A stretch of 64,000 nt of DNA from Escherichia phage EC_OE_11: sequence record OQ108497.1. One strand, given 5' to 3'. Of the stretch, positions 54,786 through 63,452 are shown one piece after another (position 1 is the first letter of the stretch; each line of letters begins with the position of its first letter). The notes under the pieces were generated by a model. That model had not been told where the DNA came from and searched no databases. It saw nothing but the letters and a program-made list of their open reading frames with translations. Made by a program: the position numbers and the translations under genes.

Positions 54786-55148
54786 ATGAGCAAGCAAATC
54801 AATACTATCATGTTAAACCTGGTATCTTTCCGCGATGACGTGAAAAATCTTTCGCGTGATGCAGTGGATGCACGGATCGAAAGCTATCGCACACAGATCG
54901 CGACATTACCGTTAAAACGTGATCAACATGCCGCTAATATGATGCTTGATGCTATGATTAAAAAGATGATTCAATGTGATCTTACCCTGGCTTATGAATA
55001 TGCTGGCGATCTTTTTGTAACGTATAATAAACCCGTTCCAGGTATGAGCACCACGGAAGAATTGCATGCCTTAAATCTGCGACAAGATGCATGGGATAAC
55101 ATGCGCCGTGTTATGGTATGGGTAGAAAGCGGTAAAATTTACGAATAA
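54786..55148 (+). CDS. hypothetical early protein
   Basis: 120 aa ORF behind promoter-hairpin. Confidence 0.4.
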   Translation: MSKQINTIMLNLVSFRDDVKNLSRDAVDARIESYRTQIATLPLKRDQHAANMMLDAMIKKMIQCDLTLAYEYAGDLFVTYNKPVPGMSTTEELHALNLRQDAWDNMRRVMVWVESGKIYE

Positions 55149-55154
55149 AAACGG

Positions 55155-55208
55155 TTGACATTGCACGAAAACCTGATAAGCTATCTTAAAGCGGGAATTG
55201 TTCCCGCT
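55155..55208 (+). promoter_or_regulatory. early promoter with leader hairpin
   Basis: TTGACA - 16 nt - TAAGCT, then AGCGGGAATTGTTCCCGCT hairpin. Confidence 0.5.
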
Positions 55209-55226
55209 TACATAGGATAAAACTTT

Positions 55227-55373
55227 ATGAAACAATATGTAATGAGTATCCACACCAAAAACGGCGCTACTGTTACGACTCCGGCACGGTTTGCACTTGT
55301 AAACCGTTGCAAGAGACTAAAACGAGAGTTAAAAAATAACCGTGCAACGGGCTTTAAACGCTGGGGAGGATAA
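55227..55373 (+). CDS. hypothetical small basic early protein
   Basis: 48 aa ORF (below track cutoff) directly behind promoter-hairpin. Confidence 0.3.
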   Translation: MKQYVMSIHTKNGATVTTPARFALVNRCKRLKRELKNNRATGFKRWGG

Positions 55374-55375
55374 TC

Positions 55376-55636
55376 TTGTTTTTTCTAAAAGTTTGTGATA
55401 ATGTGATCGCTTTTGAACATGCTACAACGTTCGACCTGGCGAGATACGCTATCAGGTTTAAAGATAATGTTTATCCCCGTGCTGGCGGCGGTTACACTAT
55501 TTTTAATCACCGTAACGCTCAATTAACGGATATAACTAATCCAGATCCTGGAGTGTATCGCATAGGCTGGCTACCGTCAAAAGACGCTGCAAGCATGTTT
55601 AAGGTGTGCAAACTACTAACAGAAGAGGCGAACTAA
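55376..55636 (+). CDS. hypothetical early protein
   Basis: 86 aa; TTG start in ORF track, GGAGG 6 nt upstream; an in-frame GTG downstream is an alternative start. Confidence 0.3.
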   Translation: MFFLKVCDNVIAFEHATTFDLARYAIRFKDNVYPRAGGGYTIFNHRNAQLTDITNPDPGVYRIGWLPSKDAASMFKVCKLLTEEAN

Positions 55637-55637
55637 C

Positions 55638-56192
55638 ATGGGGCGTGAATATGTGATCCAGTCCTGGGTAAAGCATGATGCTAATGATCCGCGCATAATA
55701 CCAGATGACATGATCGATCACATGGTAGGGTATAGCGGGGAGCAGATAGGAAATCGAGCGGCAAAGAGCAACGGCAACACCAGGACGCGATCCGTTCGCC
55801 CTGGATGGCTGGCGAATGGTAACGCTGACATTGCAAGCGCCGCAGATCCAAGCGATGACGCTAAAAATAATCCCTTATACAGCATTGATCCGGCTTTTAA
55901 GGTGTTAGAAGAGTATCCCGCTAAATTAGCCGCACTAGATAAGGCATACGAAGAAAAGCGCATGGCATGGACTGTATACAACACCGCTAAAATGGTGCTA
56001 GATGCAAAATTGATTAAAGCCCAGGAGAAGATCAATAAACTTGTTACCATAGCGCAAGAGGAAGACCAGGACTACCAGGAGGAAGCGGAAGAAATCATGC
56101 CTACTCTGGAAGAGGAAGAGATCCAGCCATACATGCCGACGGAAGAGGAAAAAAGACAAGCCCTAAAAAATTATGAAAATTGCATTGTGTAA
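55638..56192 (+). CDS. hypothetical early protein with acidic C-terminal region
   Basis: 184 aa; start overlaps upstream stop; Glu-rich tail. Confidence 0.4.
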   Translation: MGREYVIQSWVKHDANDPRIIPDDMIDHMVGYSGEQIGNRAAKSNGNTRTRSVRPGWLANGNADIASAADPSDDAKNNPLYSIDPAFKVLEEYPAKLAALDKAYEEKRMAWTVYNTAKMVLDAKLIKAQEKINKLVTIAQEEDQDYQEEAEEIMPTLEEEEIQPYMPTEEEKRQALKNYENCIV

Positions 56193-56195
56193 GGC

Positions 56196-56251
56196 TTGAC
56201 ATAGGCAAACAAGCCCCGTAATATGTACCACATAAAGCGGGGCAACGCCCC
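56196..56251 (+). promoter_or_regulatory. early promoter with leader hairpin
   Basis: TTGACA - 17 nt - TAATAT, then GCGGGGC-AAC-GCCCC hairpin. Confidence 0.45.
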
Positions 56252-56273
56252 ATAAGGTGAAATAAAAAATCAC

Positions 56274-56301
56274 TTGACACCTGAAATCAGTAAGCTATAA
56301 T
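56274..56301 (+). promoter_or_regulatory. early promoter (no hairpin)
   Basis: TTGACA - 16 nt - TATAAT consensus. Confidence 0.5.
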
Positions 56302-56338
56302 GCTTATATAGATTGAAACATTACTAAGGAATAAAAGC

Positions 56339-56518
56339 ATGGCTATTATTGCAAAGACTGAGATCGTAGGTTTAGATTCTATCATCCTGGCATATGAGGA
56401 AGCTATAGAAATGTATGTGGTTTCCTATGGTGATTATATCCGTGAATATAAATCTATTGATCTAGCTTTTGAATGCTATATTCGCCAGGTCAATAAAGCA
56501 TATGATGATTATCGTTAA
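56339..56518 (+). CDS. hypothetical small early protein
   Basis: 59 aa ORF (below track cutoff) behind tandem promoters. Confidence 0.3.
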   Translation: MAIIAKTEIVGLDSIILAYEEAIEMYVVSYGDYIREYKSIDLAFECYIRQVNKAYDDYR

Positions 56519-56537
56519 AAGTTTTAGTCTTGTGCTA

Positions 56538-56566
56538 TTGACAACGAACGATAGTACAAGCATAAT
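56538..56566 (+). promoter_or_regulatory. early promoter
   Basis: TTGACA - 17 nt - CATAAT. Confidence 0.45.
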
Positions 56567-56613
56567 AACTTTTATCGGGAATACTCCTAACTAATCAAAA
56601 GAGATTAAAGACT

Positions 56614-56979
56614 ATGGCTAAAAATATCAATGTTTCTGCTTATGCTACCCTGGCTAACACTGCTAAAATTGAACTATCCAGCATTGAAGCGGTACATATT
56701 AGCGCCCGTCGCTGGTTTCAAAAGTCTTATGGTAATACTTATTTCTCTTTGATGGTTGACGTTGAGATCGGCGGTAAACTGATCGAAGTAGTTAACGTTC
56801 CGTTTCAATATGGTTATGGGGATCATTTTGATACCGTTGCCCTAGAAGAGTTTAGCAAGGTTATCAACCTGGAAGGTAAAGACTTTTCAAATTATGCTTA
56901 CCTTTCCCGCTTTTGCCGTGATAATGGGATCGCTGTATACAGTCATGCAAGCGATGTAAAACGTAAAAAAGATTTATAA
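56614..56979 (+). CDS. hypothetical early protein
   Basis: 121 aa. Confidence 0.4.
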   Translation: MAKNINVSAYATLANTAKIELSSIEAVHISARRWFQKSYGNTYFSLMVDVEIGGKLIEVVNVPFQYGYGDHFDTVALEEFSKVINLEGKDFSNYAYLSRFCRDNGIAVYSHASDVKRKKDL

Positions 56980-56985
56980 AAAGCA

Positions 56986-57044
56986 TTGACAGCACGAATA
57001 AAAAGCATATAATACTTATATCGAGAGCGGGAATAGTTCCCGCC
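56986..57044 (+). promoter_or_regulatory. early promoter with leader hairpin
   Basis: TTGACA - 16 nt - TATAAT, then AGCGGGAATAGTTCCCGCC hairpin. Confidence 0.55.
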
Positions 57045-57067
57045 TCACTGAAAAAGAGATTAACATC

Positions 57068-57307
57068 ATGGCTAAATCTAAAATGTACAACGGTCACAAA
57101 AATAAAACTCATTGGAATGTAAGCCTTTGGATTAATAATGATGAATCGTTATACTTATACGCTGTAGGTTTAATAAATGAGTGCGGCAATAAAGATAAAG
57201 CGGCGGATCTGATGTGCTACAGATTAAAACAGGATGGAATCACTCATACACCTGATGGTTTCAAGTATAGTAAAACTGCAATCCGTGCCGCTATGGTAGG
57301 AATGTAA
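57068..57307 (+). CDS. hypothetical early protein
   Basis: 79 aa. Confidence 0.4.
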   Translation: MAKSKMYNGHKNKTHWNVSLWINNDESLYLYAVGLINECGNKDKAADLMCYRLKQDGITHTPDGFKYSKTAIRAAMVGM

Positions 57308-57316
57308 TAAAAGCAG

Positions 57317-57376
57317 TTGACAACGTTTTTTAATCTGGTATAGTTTATCGCATAGGGCGGGAAATGGTTTCCCGCC
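57317..57376 (+). promoter_or_regulatory. early promoter with leader hairpin
   Basis: TTGACA - 16 nt - TATAGT, then GGCGGGAAATGGTTTCCCGCC hairpin. Confidence 0.55.
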
Positions 57377-57398
57377 AAATCAAAGAAAGGTTATCATT

Positions 57399-57626
57399 AT
57401 GGCTATCGTTATTGTTCGCGTATCCGGCACGGTTGGAATCTCCCAGGTAGTAGCAGTTATCACCGAGAAGAAAGGGGATGATCTTCACTCCTCATTGAAT
57501 AGCTGGGCGGTCGCTAACTTTGGGCAATGGTCGAGCGTTGAGTACATCGAATCCTACCAGGTGCCAACGATTAGCCTGACCGATCTCAACGTTGATCGTC
57601 TGTTATGCCTGGATCAATTAAACTAA
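57399..57626 (+). CDS. hypothetical early protein
   Basis: 75 aa. Confidence 0.4.
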   Translation: MAIVIVRVSGTVGISQVVAVITEKKGDDLHSSLNSWAVANFGQWSSVEYIESYQVPTISLTDLNVDRLLCLDQLN

Positions 57627-57635
57627 AAATAATAT

Positions 57636-57692
57636 TGACAAGACAACTAAAATTAGTAAAATGTAATTCATAGGGCGGCAATAGTGCCGCCC
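57636..57692 (+). promoter_or_regulatory. early promoter with leader hairpin
   Basis: TTGACA - 16 nt - TAAAAT, then GGCGGCAATAGTGCCGCC hairpin. Confidence 0.55.
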
Positions 57693-57713
57693 CTAGTAAG
57701 AGAGATTATCAAA

Positions 57714-57929
57714 ATGGCTAATATCCGCACCTTGTTAAAAAATGCAAAGCAAGTTTTATTTTCAGATGACGAGTATTTCAACAAAGACATTACAGGCGTG
57801 AAAAATTTAAAAGACGTGAAGGATGTTATCGGTATCCGTGGATCTTTACGTAAAGGTGACATATACGGTAACAAGGTGCAATATAAACTGTCAAAAGATT
57901 ATGATTTTACTTTGACAATTATTTCATAA
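57714..57929 (+). CDS. hypothetical early protein
   Basis: Start set at ATG 57714 (MANIRTLL); ORF-track start 57684 lies inside the leader hairpin. Confidence 0.4.
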   Translation: MANIRTLLKNAKQVLFSDDEYFNKDITGVKNLKDVKDVIGIRGSLRKGDIYGNKVQYKLSKDYDFTLTIIS

Positions 57930-57974
57930 AACTACTTGTAAACCTGGTAAAATAAAGTAAACTATATTCATCAA

Positions 57975-57996
57975 GGCGGTGGAATAGCCCACCGCC
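57975..57996 (+). promoter_or_regulatory. leader hairpin (promoter unclear, possible extended -10)
   Basis: GGCGGTGG-AATAG-CCCACCGCC; upstream TGGTAAAAT may be an extended -10; no clean -35. Confidence 0.35.
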
Positions 57997-58020
57997 TAAC
58001 AAAGAGAAGAGGAAAATATC

Positions 58021-58191
58021 ATGATCACTTTCGCTACCCGTGAAGCCGCTCGCAACGTTGCACGTAAAGTTAACGCCGCAAACCTGGGCGCTACGCTTAA
58101 AGCCCCGGTGAAAGATGAATCAGGAAAATGGATCTTTCCTGGTCTGCGTCACGCTGATAAGCTGGGAACATTAACGTTAAAAAATAAATAA
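58021..58191 (+). CDS. hypothetical small early protein
   Basis: 56 aa ORF (below track cutoff). Confidence 0.3.
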   Translation: MITFATREAARNVARKVNAANLGATLKAPVKDESGKWIFPGLRHADKLGTLTLKNK

Positions 58192-58198
58192 TATCCGC

Positions 58199-58257
58199 TT
58201 GACAGTAGCATCATTTATAAGTAAAGTAACAACAACGGCGGGAAATGGTTTCCCGCC
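58199..58257 (+). promoter_or_regulatory. early promoter with leader hairpin
   Basis: TTGACA - 17 nt - TAAAGT, then GGCGGGAAATGGTTTCCCGCC hairpin. Confidence 0.55.
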
Positions 58258-58277
58258 ATCAATAAAGAGATAAGATT

Positions 58278-58637
58278 ATGAAATCAGTAAAAGCAATTAA
58301 AACTTACATTGTGTCGGCTATTTCTTTTGATGGTACTACAACCGAAAAAGAAAAAATCACCGAACTGATGCGCCGTTTTAACTCTGAATACTGGTATCAA
58401 TCTAATCGTGATCGTTATAATAACAATATGGTACAAGCTGTTAAAAGCTGGTTGCAAGGTTTACCGTCAGATATCAATATCGCTTTTAATTATAACGAGA
58501 TCGATCAATTATTAATTGAATGGAAGTACATAAAAGAAACAAGCAAAGAAACAACCGTTACCCGTGAGCGGGAAAATTATTGGTTATATATTGCAAGCAT
58601 GATCGTAACTTTGGCAAAATATCATAACGTAGCGTAA
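58278..58637 (+). CDS. hypothetical early protein
   Basis: 119 aa. Confidence 0.4.
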   Translation: MKSVKAIKTYIVSAISFDGTTTEKEKITELMRRFNSEYWYQSNRDRYNNNMVQAVKSWLQGLPSDINIAFNYNEIDQLLIEWKYIKETSKETTVTRERENYWLYIASMIVTLAKYHNVA

Positions 58638-58651
58638 TCGAGAGGAAAAAC

Positions 58652-58789
58652 ATGAACGCATCACAGCAGATCGAAAAATTCAACCGCAACAAAGCGCGTA
58701 AAGATTGGAACGAAGAGATCACCAAGAAAGGCGACAAGCGGAACAAAACAAAGAGAGATCGCAGCAGCAAAAGATACTGGAACGAATAA
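58652..58789 (+). CDS. hypothetical small basic protein
   Basis: 45 aa Lys/Arg-rich ORF, GAGAGG RBS, followed by terminator. Confidence 0.3.
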   Translation: MNASQQIEKFNRNKARKDWNEEITKKGDKRNKTKRDRSSKRYWNE

Positions 58790-58791
58790 CA

Positions 58792-58817
58792 AAAAAGGGC
58801 GCAATAAGCGCCCTTTT
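58792..58817 (+). terminator. rho-independent terminator
   Basis: GGGCGC-AATAA-GCGCCC then TTTT. Confidence 0.6.
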
Positions 58818-58907
58818 AGCTTATATAGGGGCTTGTTAGTTATAGGCAATGGTAACGCCAGGATAAGCCTATAAACCACGTTAGACAGCTTTACAGGAGC
58901 TTTAAAA

Positions 58908-59090
58908 ATGAAATTAGACGAAATAAGCAAGGCACTAGCCCAGGGGCAAAGGTTATGCGCCCGATATCGTGATCAATATGGCTTTATAACTAGCGGCGTG
59001 ATCCTGGGGATTGAAGACAATAAAATTTTTATTGACACGTGGAAAAACGTTGTATATAGTGACAATATAATCTCAATAAAACATATATGA
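58908..59090 (+). CDS. hypothetical early protein
   Basis: 60 aa; AGGAG RBS. Confidence 0.3.
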   Translation: MKLDEISKALAQGQRLCARYRDQYGFITSGVILGIEDNKIFIDTWKNVVYSDNIISIKHI

Positions 59091-59098
59091 GGCAAGAA

Positions 59099-59500
59099 AT
59101 GAAAAAATTATTGATCGCTGGTTTACTCTCTTTTGGTATGGTTGGAACATCTAGCGCGGCGATATCCTCCACAGTAGCAGAATTAAGCGCCGTTGATGCA
59201 ATGGAAAACGTCATGATCATTAATAATGCGATCCCCGATGAAATCATGGAGGATTCACACATGATCGCTTATGGTGCTATTACACAACTGACGGCAAAAA
59301 TAGATAAATCTATTGTTAATGGCTTAAATGAAGATGTACCATGCGAAATTATTACCAGTGTGCTCACTACTCAAAATTTTACGCCGTGGTTAAAAAGTAT
59401 TCAAAAAGTACACAGTACAGCCGCAGATCGTAGCAATGAAAAACTAGTGTCAGCACTTGCAACGTATACCCTAGCAAAATGTACTGAAATAAAAGATTGA
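59099..59500 (+). CDS. hypothetical secreted protein
   Basis: Start set at ATG 59099 (MKKLLIAGLLSFGMVGTSSAA signal peptide). Confidence 0.4.
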   Translation: MKKLLIAGLLSFGMVGTSSAAISSTVAELSAVDAMENVMIINNAIPDEIMEDSHMIAYGAITQLTAKIDKSIVNGLNEDVPCEIITSVLTTQNFTPWLKSIQKVHSTAADRSNEKLVSALATYTLAKCTEIKD

Positions 59501-59525
59501 CAACATAGAAAGCACGTTATAAGAT
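59497..59525 (+). promoter_or_regulatory. early promoter
   Basis: TTGACA - 17 nt - TAAGAT. Confidence 0.45.
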
Positions 59526-59547
59526 ACACACAACAAAGGAGAACTAC

Positions 59548-59850
59548 ATGAACGGCATAGCTAAAACGTTTTTTCTTTTTTCTGGTGTAAATGATCCATC
59601 AATAAAAGTCGATAGCGTAAAAGAAAACAATACTATCACCGCTAAATTATTTCAAGATGAAACAAATAACGTGCTAATCATTAATCTTAAAGAAATAACA
59701 AAAGGTTATTATACTATTGCTTACCATGCGATCTATAATGCTGATACTAGTGAGGAAGTGCAAACAAGCAACAACGAAAGCGCGGCGCTACCTGGTGATC
59801 TGGTGCTGGGCGTTATCAGTTTAATTGTCAATGATTTTTTTAAGGAGTAA
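59548..59850 (+). CDS. hypothetical early protein
   Basis: 100 aa; AAAGGAG RBS. Confidence 0.4.
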   Translation: MNGIAKTFFLFSGVNDPSIKVDSVKENNTITAKLFQDETNNVLIINLKEITKGYYTIAYHAIYNADTSEEVQTSNNESAALPGDLVLGVISLIVNDFFKE

Positions 59851-59854
59851 AACC

Positions 59855-59950
59855 ATGCCCTATTTACATTTATTTTTCGGTATCTTATTGACAGGATCTT
59901 TTTTCTTCTGTATGCTTGTTTCTATTGTAAACCACGTTTTAAGACATTAA
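59855..59950 (+). CDS. small hydrophobic peptide (31 aa)
   Basis: MPYLHLFFGILLTGSFFFCMLVSIVNHVLRH with GGAG RBS; below track cutoff. Confidence 0.3.
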   Translation: MPYLHLFFGILLTGSFFFCMLVSIVNHVLRH

Positions 59951-59959
59951 GGAAACAGC

Positions 59960-60079
59960 ATGAAAATTATTCCCGTACAGTATAGCGTAATAAATCCAGC
60001 ATATGAGGAAGGAAGGAAAACAAGCATGGCTTTATGTTGTATTGCTACTATAACCATGTTGTTATACATTGTGTTTTAA
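59960..60079 (+). CDS. small peptide with hydrophobic C-terminus (39 aa)
   Basis: MKIIPVQYSVINPAYEEGRKTSMALCCIATITMLLYIVF; AAGGAAAC upstream. Confidence 0.25.
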   Translation: MKIIPVQYSVINPAYEEGRKTSMALCCIATITMLLYIVF

Positions 60080-60108
60080 TAGGTTTTATAGTTGTACGCT
60101 TTAAAGGC

Positions 60109-60136
60109 TTGACAATTTTTTGTTATGCTTTAAAAT
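60109..60136 (+). promoter_or_regulatory. early promoter
   Basis: TTGACA - 16 nt - TAAAAT. Confidence 0.5.
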
Positions 60137-60179
60137 ATATCTTGAAAACGGCAAAGGCCGCAAACAAAAGGGTAAAATT

Positions 60180-60503
60180 ATGAAATCTGTGATCGGTGTT
60201 TATTTGGATAACTCTGATTTTTTCTATCATCGCGCTCGTTTCCTTGATGCGATTGAAATGATAGAATCAGGCTTTAAAGAGTATCGCCTTGCACATGATG
60301 ACCTGGAAGCATTACAGGACAATAGTGTTTTTACATTGCAAGCTAAAGCACTATGCAAAAGCCGGATCGACATTGCAAGCAAAAAGATAGAACGCGGCAT
60401 GTCCTGGTTGCGCACCGCAGAAATCAACATGGGGCAATGGTACGGCGAAAACTTAGAAAATAAACACACTTTTGTAAATGTAGAAAATATTAAAGATTAT
60501 TGA
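60180..60503 (+). CDS. hypothetical early protein
   Basis: Start set at ATG 60180 (MKSVIGVYL). Confidence 0.4.
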   Translation: MKSVIGVYLDNSDFFYHRARFLDAIEMIESGFKEYRLAHDDLEALQDNSVFTLQAKALCKSRIDIASKKIERGMSWLRTAEINMGQWYGENLENKHTFVNVENIKDY

Positions 60504-60566
60504 TTGACAGCACACCTGATAAGTAATATATTGTATCTCATAGAGCGGGGAAATGGTTTCCCCGCC
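60504..60566 (+). promoter_or_regulatory. early promoter with leader hairpin
   Basis: TTGACA - 17 nt - TATATT, then GCGGGGAAATGGTTTCCCCGC hairpin. Confidence 0.55.
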
Positions 60567-60585
60567 TTAACAGAAGAGATAAGAT

Positions 60586-60870
60586 ATGAAGATCACAAAA
60601 GCACTTTCCAACTATGCAGCACGTCGCGGCTTATGTTTAACCGTTGAAAACCTGGGGAAAGAAGATTTTTTGTGCTTTTGGGAGCTTGAGAATGATAATG
60701 AGTGGATCTTCTCTTATTCTATCTGCGAAGATCAAAACGGTTGTTTATTAACCTGGCGCGGTAATATCTATTTACCGCAAGAAATCAAAGAGGAACTACC
60801 AGGCACGATCATGACTGAGAAACAGCTTAAGGAAGTGATCAATTTTGTAGGGCAAAACATTAAAAAATAA
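60586..60870 (+). CDS. hypothetical early protein
   Basis: 94 aa. Confidence 0.4.
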   Translation: MKITKALSNYAARRGLCLTVENLGKEDFLCFWELENDNEWIFSYSICEDQNGCLLTWRGNIYLPQEIKEELPGTIMTEKQLKEVINFVGQNIKK

Positions 60871-60871
60871 T

Positions 60872-60931
60872 TTGACACTAGGCAAACAACGTAGTAAAGT
60901 TTATCACATAGGGCGGGAAATGGTTTCCCGC
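60872..60931 (+). promoter_or_regulatory. early promoter with leader hairpin
   Basis: TTGACA - 17 nt - TAAAGT, then GGGCGGGAAATGGTTTCCCGCTC hairpin. Confidence 0.55.
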
Positions 60932-60954
60932 TCACAGTAGAAGAGAAACAAATC

Positions 60955-61125
60955 ATGATCCCAACTATGTTTTATGTATCGCGCAAAGGTCACAATATTT
61001 TTTGGTCTGAAGATTTAAATGAAGCCATGACGTTTGCCCGTGATCGTGTTGCTATTGGTGGCGTTAATATCACTGTAACCGATGAAAATGGCATTGAATA
61101 CTATAACGGCGACGATGAAGAGTAA
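60955..61125 (+). CDS. hypothetical small early protein
   Basis: 56 aa ORF (below track cutoff). Confidence 0.3.
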   Translation: MIPTMFYVSRKGHNIFWSEDLNEAMTFARDRVAIGGVNITVTDENGIEYYNGDDEE

Positions 61126-61132
61126 TTAATGA

Positions 61133-61154
61133 GGCGGGGGGAGTATTCCCCGCC
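61133..61154 (+). promoter_or_regulatory. leader hairpin without recognisable promoter
   Basis: GGCGGGGGGAGTATTCCCCGCC directly upstream of RBS of ORF 61174; no TTGACA/TATAAT pair. Confidence 0.4.
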
Positions 61155-61173
61155 GTCAATAAAGAGATAAATC

Positions 61174-61443
61174 ATGAAAATATCATTAGACGTTGCAATC
61201 AAGGCCATCGAATCCGGTTACATCCTGGTAAAAGATGATAAGGCTAAAACCGTGCACCACGTTAACAAGGAAACAGGCGAAAGCATGATCACATATAAAG
61301 CCGCCTACTTTCTCCAATCAGTAGCAGATCCGCGCGTACAACGCCAGGTTACAGCGGCTATTGCTAAAAAATTATGTGCTTTACAGGGCACAAGTTTTAA
61401 CGAGATCGCCCCGTGTTTTGACTGGTCGAGCTTGAAAAAATAG
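61174..61443 (+). CDS. hypothetical early protein
   Basis: 89 aa. Confidence 0.4.
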   Translation: MKISLDVAIKAIESGYILVKDDKAKTVHHVNKETGESMITYKAAYFLQSVADPRVQRQVTAAIAKKLCALQGTSFNEIAPCFDWSSLKK

Positions 61444-61444
61444 T

Positions 61445-61500
61445 TTGACAACAATTATAAATCGGGTAGAATGTATTTCGTAGGGCGGCAATAGTGCCGC
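61445..61500 (+). promoter_or_regulatory. early promoter with leader hairpin
   Basis: TTGACA - 16 nt - TAGAAT, then GGCGGCAATAGTGCCGC hairpin. Confidence 0.55.
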
Positions 61501-61523
61501 TCACAACTAAAAGAGAAATCATC

Positions 61524-61718
61524 ATGGCGCTTAAAAAATTAACAAGCAATACTCGTTGGGATGAAATCGACGGGGAAGTATACATTTTCGCCCGTAAACC
61601 AGGTGATCAAAAATGGTCAAAGGCTTTTACTTGCCACCCTGCAACAATAGATCTAATAAAAAGTAAAGGTTTACGTGAAGCAGTAGCAAGGAGCTTACTG
61701 ATCCCTTATAAAAAATAG
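61524..61718 (+). CDS. hypothetical early protein
   Basis: Start set at ATG 61524 (MALKKLTSN). Confidence 0.4.
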   Translation: MALKKLTSNTRWDEIDGEVYIFARKPGDQKWSKAFTCHPATIDLIKSKGLREAVARSLLIPYKK

Positions 61719-61719
61719 T

Positions 61720-61781
61720 TTGACAATACGCGGTTATCTGGTAAAGTGTACGACATAGGGCGGGGCAATAAGGCAACGCCC
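61720..61781 (+). promoter_or_regulatory. early promoter with leader hairpin
   Basis: TTGACA - 16 nt - TAAAGT, then GGGCG-GGGCAATAAGGCAA-CGCCC hairpin. Confidence 0.5.
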
Positions 61782-61799
61782 ACTAATGAGGGTAAAATC

Positions 61800-61904
61800 A
61801 TGTTAGAGAAAATTTTCACGGTTGTAGTAGTGGGCCTGGCGTTATCGGTTGGAGTGATTGCAACTATGGCTAACATGATCCTATCTTCCCACGGTATTGG
61901 ATAA
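61800..61904 (+). CDS. small hydrophobic peptide (34 aa)
   Basis: MLEKIFTVVVVGLALSVGVIATMANMILSSHGIG, single predicted TM helix. Confidence 0.3.
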   Translation: MLEKIFTVVVVGLALSVGVIATMANMILSSHGIG

Positions 61905-61914
61905 GGTGAATCAA

Positions 61915-62130
61915 ATGATCACGAATAAGACAGGTAAAACAGAATTTTTACGCGGCTTGCAAATAGGTAAACCTGAAATCTGGCATTGCACTAAAACACC
62001 ACGTGACGAAATGAAAGATTTCACCGCTACTTTACAACGTGTTAAAATATCTATCACACAGAAAAAAGCCTTGTTAGTAGTAGAAAACGAGATCCCGCAA
62101 ACCATTATTATTGTTGAGCGTACAGCATGA
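61915..62130 (+). CDS. hypothetical early protein
   Basis: Start set at ATG 61915 (MITNKTGK) behind AAGGTGA. Confidence 0.35.
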   Translation: MITNKTGKTEFLRGLQIGKPEIWHCTKTPRDEMKDFTATLQRVKISITQKKALLVVENEIPQTIIIVERTA

Positions 62131-62513
62131 AAACAGAAATCATTATTGAAATCATCAACGGTTATAAAGAAGCCTTTATTTTTGCTGAATCCGCCAGGGA
62201 TCATGAAGGTAATTTTATTGATAACTTAGACGATTATGATTTTTCAGATCAAGCCCATCAGCGGATTATACGTGACGTGGCGGCGTTTTGTGATGCCAAT
62301 GATGCCGCTATCTCTGAGGCAATGAGCGACGGCGCAACAGCCAACCAGATCGGGAATGATTTACATTTTACCCGTAATAGTCACGGCGTAGGCTTTTGGG
62401 ATCGCCCTGAAATATACACTACTAACACCGCCAACCGCTTAACTAATGCAGCTAAATTGATGCCATCGGTGCATGCTTACATTGGTGAAGATAATTTGAT
62501 TTATATTGAATAA
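62127..62513 (+). CDS. hypothetical early protein (acidic)
   Basis: 128 aa; ATGA overlap with upstream gene. Confidence 0.4.
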   Translation: MKTEIIIEIINGYKEAFIFAESARDHEGNFIDNLDDYDFSDQAHQRIIRDVAAFCDANDAAISEAMSDGATANQIGNDLHFTRNSHGVGFWDRPEIYTTNTANRLTNAAKLMPSVHAYIGEDNLIYIE

Positions 62514-62519
62514 AAAGTA

Positions 62520-62578
62520 TTGACACCGATCCCCAATATGGTATGATTTACCACGTAGGCGGGAAATGGTTTCCCGCC
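62520..62578 (+). promoter_or_regulatory. early promoter with leader hairpin
   Basis: TTGACA - 16 nt - TATGAT, then GGCGGGAAATGGTTTCCCGCC hairpin. Confidence 0.55.
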
Positions 62579-62601
62579 AGGTAATCAAAAAGGTAAATAC
62601 T

Positions 62602-62991
62602 ATGCGCAACCTGGTTTCTGTTTCTAACGTTGAAAAATTTCAATCCTTGCAGGGTATCGTTAACAACGTAGCGCCTTTTTTAGTCAATGGCTTGATTGCA
62701 AAGATGAAGAATAAACATCATGCGGCATGGTCTGCTTACTGCTTTGATAATGATGAAAAAGCGGCTGAAATGATGTTAAATATGCTGTTAGATAGTGTAG
62801 AATCATCTTTACCGGAAAACATCGCAGAAGAGATCACCTATCGTTATAATATGGCGATCACTTACCAGGAAGTGGCGCAATTTAATATGATGGATGATGA
62901 CGAACAACAGGATCAGGAAATTTTCTGGGAGTATGCAGATCGTCAATCAGCTTTTGATGAAAAATTAGCGATGTATTATAACGAATATTAA
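62602..62991 (+). CDS. hypothetical early protein
   Basis: Start set at ATG 62602 (MRNLVSVS); ORF-track start 62566 lies inside the hairpin. Confidence 0.4.
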   Translation: MRNLVSVSNVEKFQSLQGIVNNVAPFLVNGLIAKMKNKHHAAWSAYCFDNDEKAAEMMLNMLLDSVESSLPENIAEEITYRYNMAITYQEVAQFNMMDDDEQQDQEIFWEYADRQSAFDEKLAMYYNEY

Positions 62992-63005
62992 TACACGGTA
63001 AAAGA

Positions 63006-63031
63006 AAGGGGCGCACTAAGCGCCCTTTTTT
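63006..63031 (+). terminator. rho-independent terminator
   Basis: GGGCGC-ACTAA-GCGCCC then TTTTTT. Confidence 0.65.
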
Positions 63032-63377
63032 GTATTCTTTTTTTCACGATGGAAACAACACGTAAAGAATAGGCGTAAAGGTGGCGTAAAACCATCTAAA
63101 ACCGACTGTAACCGCTTAAACAAGGTAGGAATGATTAATCACCTTACCAGGATGAAAAAGCTGTTAGAGAGCTATTCAGAGCGTTTAAAGCACATAGGAA
63201 ATAATTTGCTTTTTATCTTGCCTTTTATCCTGCTTTTGATTATTATTATGGAACGGGCGGCACCTGGGGACAGGGGAAGATAATCACCGGAAGATCCCGC
63301 TATATATTAATAGCTAATACCTATTAAACAACAAAACATCAAAGGTATAAACTATCAAATCTTTACAATTCTACCTA

Positions 63378-63406
63378 TTGACACCGGATCACGCTTACAC
63401 TATTAT
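63378..63406 (+). promoter_or_regulatory. early promoter (degenerate hairpin)
   Basis: TTGACA - 17 nt - TATTAT, then CACGTAGGGC remnant of the leader motif. Confidence 0.45.
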
Positions 63407-63452
63407 TTATCACGTAGGGCAAATCATTTTAAACGGTAAACGAGGAATCACC

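Noticed and set aside
62566-63452. Extended N-termini proposed by the ORF track (for example starts at 62566, 63378, 57684, 61494, 60120)
   Set aside because: These starts fall inside the leader hairpin or on the TTGACA -35 hexamer itself; internal ATG codons with proper RBS spacing were used instead.
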